DNA of 64,000 nucleotides from Chiloscyllium plagiosum (Eukaryota), in contig NC_057750.1 in the NCBI RefSeq assembly GCF_004010195.1, positions 19,752,117-19,816,116 on the forward strand. The letters run 5' to 3'. The notes below the pieces were generated by a model. It had not been told where the DNA came from. It worked only from the letters and a program-made list of their open reading frames with translations, and did not search any database. Within the stretch, counting starts at the first letter, position 1. Each line of letters opens with the position of its first letter. The position numbers and the translations under genes are program-made. Shown piece by piece: positions 63,513 to 64,000 of the stretch.

Positions 63513-63701
63513 ACTCTTGATAAGAAGTAAATGCAGTTTAAATTATCAGTCCTACCTTGTTCTCTGCTTTGTTCCTTTAACTTGCTCACTTTTTCAACTG
63601 TACCACTCAGATTGATCTCTTTCCTTACCTTCTCCCACCCTTAACCTTACTAGTTTAAATCCCCCCGAACAGCTCTAGTAAATCTCCCTGCCAGTATCAT
63701 A

Positions 63702-64000
63702 GTATATCAAGATGAATTTTTTGTCATCTATGTGCTCCTGGTTTTTTTCAACCATCTGATCAAACAGGGTCTCGACTAATTCCGCTTCAACCTTCTTATC
63801 TGTACTTTTTGATCTCTCCTGTTTCAACTGGTGACTTTATGACCTGGTTGTCACATAGTCATGAAACGTCCCAGGATATGTGTCCTGCAAGAGTTCAGTT
63901 GCCTGAGGTTTCACTTATTTTTCAACCACAGTAGGCAGTATTCCTACCTGTGAACCAGCTACATTGTTAGCAAGGATAAATTCTATTCCTGGAGCTGAGA
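63702..64000 (-). mobile_element. Gmr1-like Gypsy pol fragment (protease-integrase linker)
   Basis: Homologous to 10360-10650 (e.g. TATTCCTGGAGCTGAGA, ACAGTAGGCAG, TTTGATCTCTCC..TTCAACTGG). Confidence 0.8.

Noticed and set aside
63980..64000. Window end matches 10630-10650 and stops at the same base where that element is cut by a SINE
   Set aside because: Two diverged copies of the same Gmr1-like family; the window edge is arbitrary.

Overview
Repeat-saturated vertebrate genomic DNA, very likely a cartilaginous fish (shark): it carries HE1/V-SINE-type SINEs, HER1/CR1 LINEs and GPR139-like receptor genes. The only host coding sequences I can support are two class-A GPCR paralogues of the GPR139/GPR142-like type in convergent orientation (+ 23759-26792; - 60936-62938), both with inactivating lesions. 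The rest is layered mobile DNA: many CR1 fragments, Tx1/L1- and Rex1-like LINE pieces, Gmr1-type Gypsy remnants (integrase upstream of RT), at least two Penelope-like (PLE) families with minimal hammerhead ribozyme motifs, and a ~10 kb degenerate two-LTR class I endogenous retrovirus (27720-37766, minus; tRNA-Ser-like PBS, gag, deleted pol, gamma-type env) nested in a PLE. The most unusual signals involve an apparently young PLE family: (i) a 2.15 kb composite insertion with a 9-bp TSD carrying ~1.4 kb of unrelated genomic DNA inside a GPCR exon, (ii) a PLE fragment between two copies of a 417-bp near-perfect direct duplication, and (iii) fold-back pLTR hairpins. I see no intact novel protein-coding system. 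All family assignments are from motif recognition by eye; no searches were run.
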